From Scyliorhinus canicula (lineage: Eukaryota): 64,000 bases of DNA. Below are positions 62,108 to 64,000 of this stretch, piece after piece. Position 1 is the first letter of the stretch. Each line of letters begins with the position of its first letter. The stretch lies in NCBI RefSeq assembly GCF_902713615.1, contig NC_052167.1:12249983-12313982 (forward strand), read 5' to 3'. The position numbers were made by a program, and so were the translations under genes. The notes under the pieces were generated by a model. It did no database searches. It saw nothing but the letters and a program-made list of their open reading frames with translations, and was not told where the DNA came from.

Positions 62108-62229
62108 ATGTCATCCAACATCTGGTTTCTTTGCTTTATGTGTATTGGATGCCTGGCTCGAACACCCTGCTTCTGTCCCTCCCAGTGCATCTGCACTTTC
62201 CAGAGTCACAGTGACGAACTCAAGGCAAG
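62108..62229 (+). CDS. LRIT1: LRIT1 exon 1 (signal peptide and start of LRRNT), 122 nt
   Basis: MSSNIWFLCFMCIGCLARTPCFCPSQCICTFQSHSDELKAR, donor GTATCG. FCPSQC..KAR pattern and head-to-head position to RGR. Confidence 0.88.
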
Positions 62230-63109
62230 GTATCGCAGCATTACAAATTTGATCTTAGATTTGGAGAAACATGAGAATTCAAACTGCACATTTATGCAGT
62301 GGAAATTCTCCTTTCCAAATTTCCACACACTTCACTCATCATCTCCGATGTTTAATATATTTACTTACAGAGATTAAGTTTGGTTCTGTTCTGTTAATTA
62401 GTTTTAAGTTGCTTTCTGTTAATTAGTTTTATCTGCTATGCTTGATGATTTGGTATCTGGGATAATATCAACGTATATGCAAATTTCTTCCATGGTAAAT
62501 TGTAGCTATCGTTGTGTATTTTTATCAACATTTTGCAATGCTCAAAAAGTATTAAGGACAACTTTGTTCTGTTTCACTTTCCTAAATCCTGTGCATAATA
62601 TTTACCTTTGCATATTTTCCCAATACCACTTTATTTACACCTCATTTGTATAGTTTAAGATGAAATAAAGCAACATGATAAATATTGGAATAATGTTCAA
62701 TTCAGGGAATAATTAAGCAGTTCTTCCGTTGGTGTGCTGCAGGGTTAGAAGCTCCTTTCCCGAGCTATGGGACTCATCCAGTAGTCCTTAATGATTAGTC
62801 AAGACTTTTCCATTTCCTCTGATTAAAAGTGAGTCTCCTTATCCCTTCATTAAGGCACCTGGATTTAGATTGCAAAGCCAGAGTGGATGTTGCTGACGAA
62901 CGCAGGAGTGTATTTGATGGTAAATTAGGAAATTGAAGAGAGCAGATTAAAAAGTCAAGCTAGATTTTTCAATCAGGTGCAAAGAAGGTGGAACGTGGTG
63001 AAGCCCTTTTTGGGAATCATTTCGCCGGCTCCGCATTTATCTCTGCTGCTTGTAGTGTTTTCCACCTGAAGTGACAGTTTATCATAATTACTCCAAAATG
63101 ATGGAAATA

Positions 63110-63289
63110 GGGGCTGGTTTAGCTCACTCGGCTAAATCGCTGGCTTTTAAAGCAGGCCAGCAGCACGGTTCGATTCCCGTACCAGCCTCCCCGGACAGGC
63201 GCCGGAATGTGGCGACTAGGGGCTTTTCACAGTAACTTCGTTGAAGTCTACTCGTGACAATAAGCGATTTTCATTTGATTTTTCATTTC
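63110..63289 (+). mobile_element. Family-2 SINE in LRIT1 intron 1
   Basis: Complete plus-strand copy. Confidence 0.88.
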
Positions 63290-63885
63290 AAATATATTCC
63301 ACGCCACTTTGCCTGTGCCTCAGTAATGCTCGTTGTGGGGGACGCCTCTCCGCCCTTGGCACCACGTGTTGCTCTGAGCAGTAGAATTAGGAGCCACCTG
63401 ACTGGCGATGGGATTTCTTGGGGCAAATGTGCCTCAGTTGGTGGTGAAGATGGAGGCCGTGACCAAGGCCAGATATCAGCTAGTTGGGTCATCGCAATTG
63501 GAATGCTGGGTTAGGGAGGGTTAAATGAGCCAAGGGTCCTTCATTTTAGCAATGGGAAGAATATTGATATGGTGACCAGATGATGCCAGGATCTGTCTTT
63601 GCTTCCACCACCCTCTCCTTCACAGTAGCTTAACCTGCTGCCACACACTGTTACCCAGAAATTTGAGGATGTTCATAGGGACACAATACAGAAGAACTGG
63701 TCGCATTTACAGACCTTCCTGGCATGTGGCTGGTTTCAAGAGAAGTGGGGGGGGGGGGGGGGAACTACAGCAACAAACCAATGGACAAGTGGTCACACTG
63801 CCTTTTGATATCTTAATAATGTGTGAGATGATGTCGTGGCTTGTAGAGAATAATTGAACCGACAAAAGATTTTCTTTACTTTCAG

Positions 63886-64000
63886 GACTGTGTTTTGTAA
63901 TAACCCAGAAATGACCCTGATTCCAGACGGTGTACCAGCCGAAACCTTAAAGCTGGTGATTGAGAAAACGTCAGTCAGACAGGTTTCCGAGCGAGCCTTT
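63886..64000 (+). CDS. LRIT1: LRIT1 exon 2, truncated by the window edge
   Basis: Acceptor tttctttactttcAG, then G ACT GTG: TVFCNNPEMTLIPDGVPAETLKLVIEKTSVRQVSERAF; phase matches exon 1. Confidence 0.9.

Overview
Vertebrate genomic DNA, almost certainly from an elasmobranch (shark; HE1/V-SINE-type repeats and a Torpedo-like VAChT). Four genes are supported by splice sites and translation. On the minus strand: the first two coding exons of ChAT (3176-3114, 2158-1967, continuing off the left edge); intronless VAChT/SLC18A3 (8865-7267), lying 5' of the ChAT coding exons as in the nested cholinergic gene locus; and a complete 7-exon RGR opsin (53564-37579, 295 aa, Lys255). On the plus strand, head-to-head with RGR: LRIT1 exons 1-2 (62108-64000, truncated). 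The rest is repeat-rich: a full-length L1 with a 15-bp TSD in RGR intron 3, Rex1/Babar, CR1/L2 and Penelope remnants, an internally deleted Harbinger plus MITEs, two solo LTRs with TSDs, three SINE families, a GT/GA low-complexity block and a 307-bp tandem duplication. The most unusual signal is an ~100-copy 11-bp minisatellite 1.7 kb upstream of VAChT whose period builds retinoic-acid-type DR5 elements interleaved with Smad CAGAC boxes. Also notable are matched splice acceptors 9 nt before both the VAChT and ChAT ATGs with candidate shared upstream exons, and a distal RE1/NRSE match. These regulatory readings are hypotheses; no novel protein system was found. Family and orthologue assignments are from recalled sequences, not database searches.
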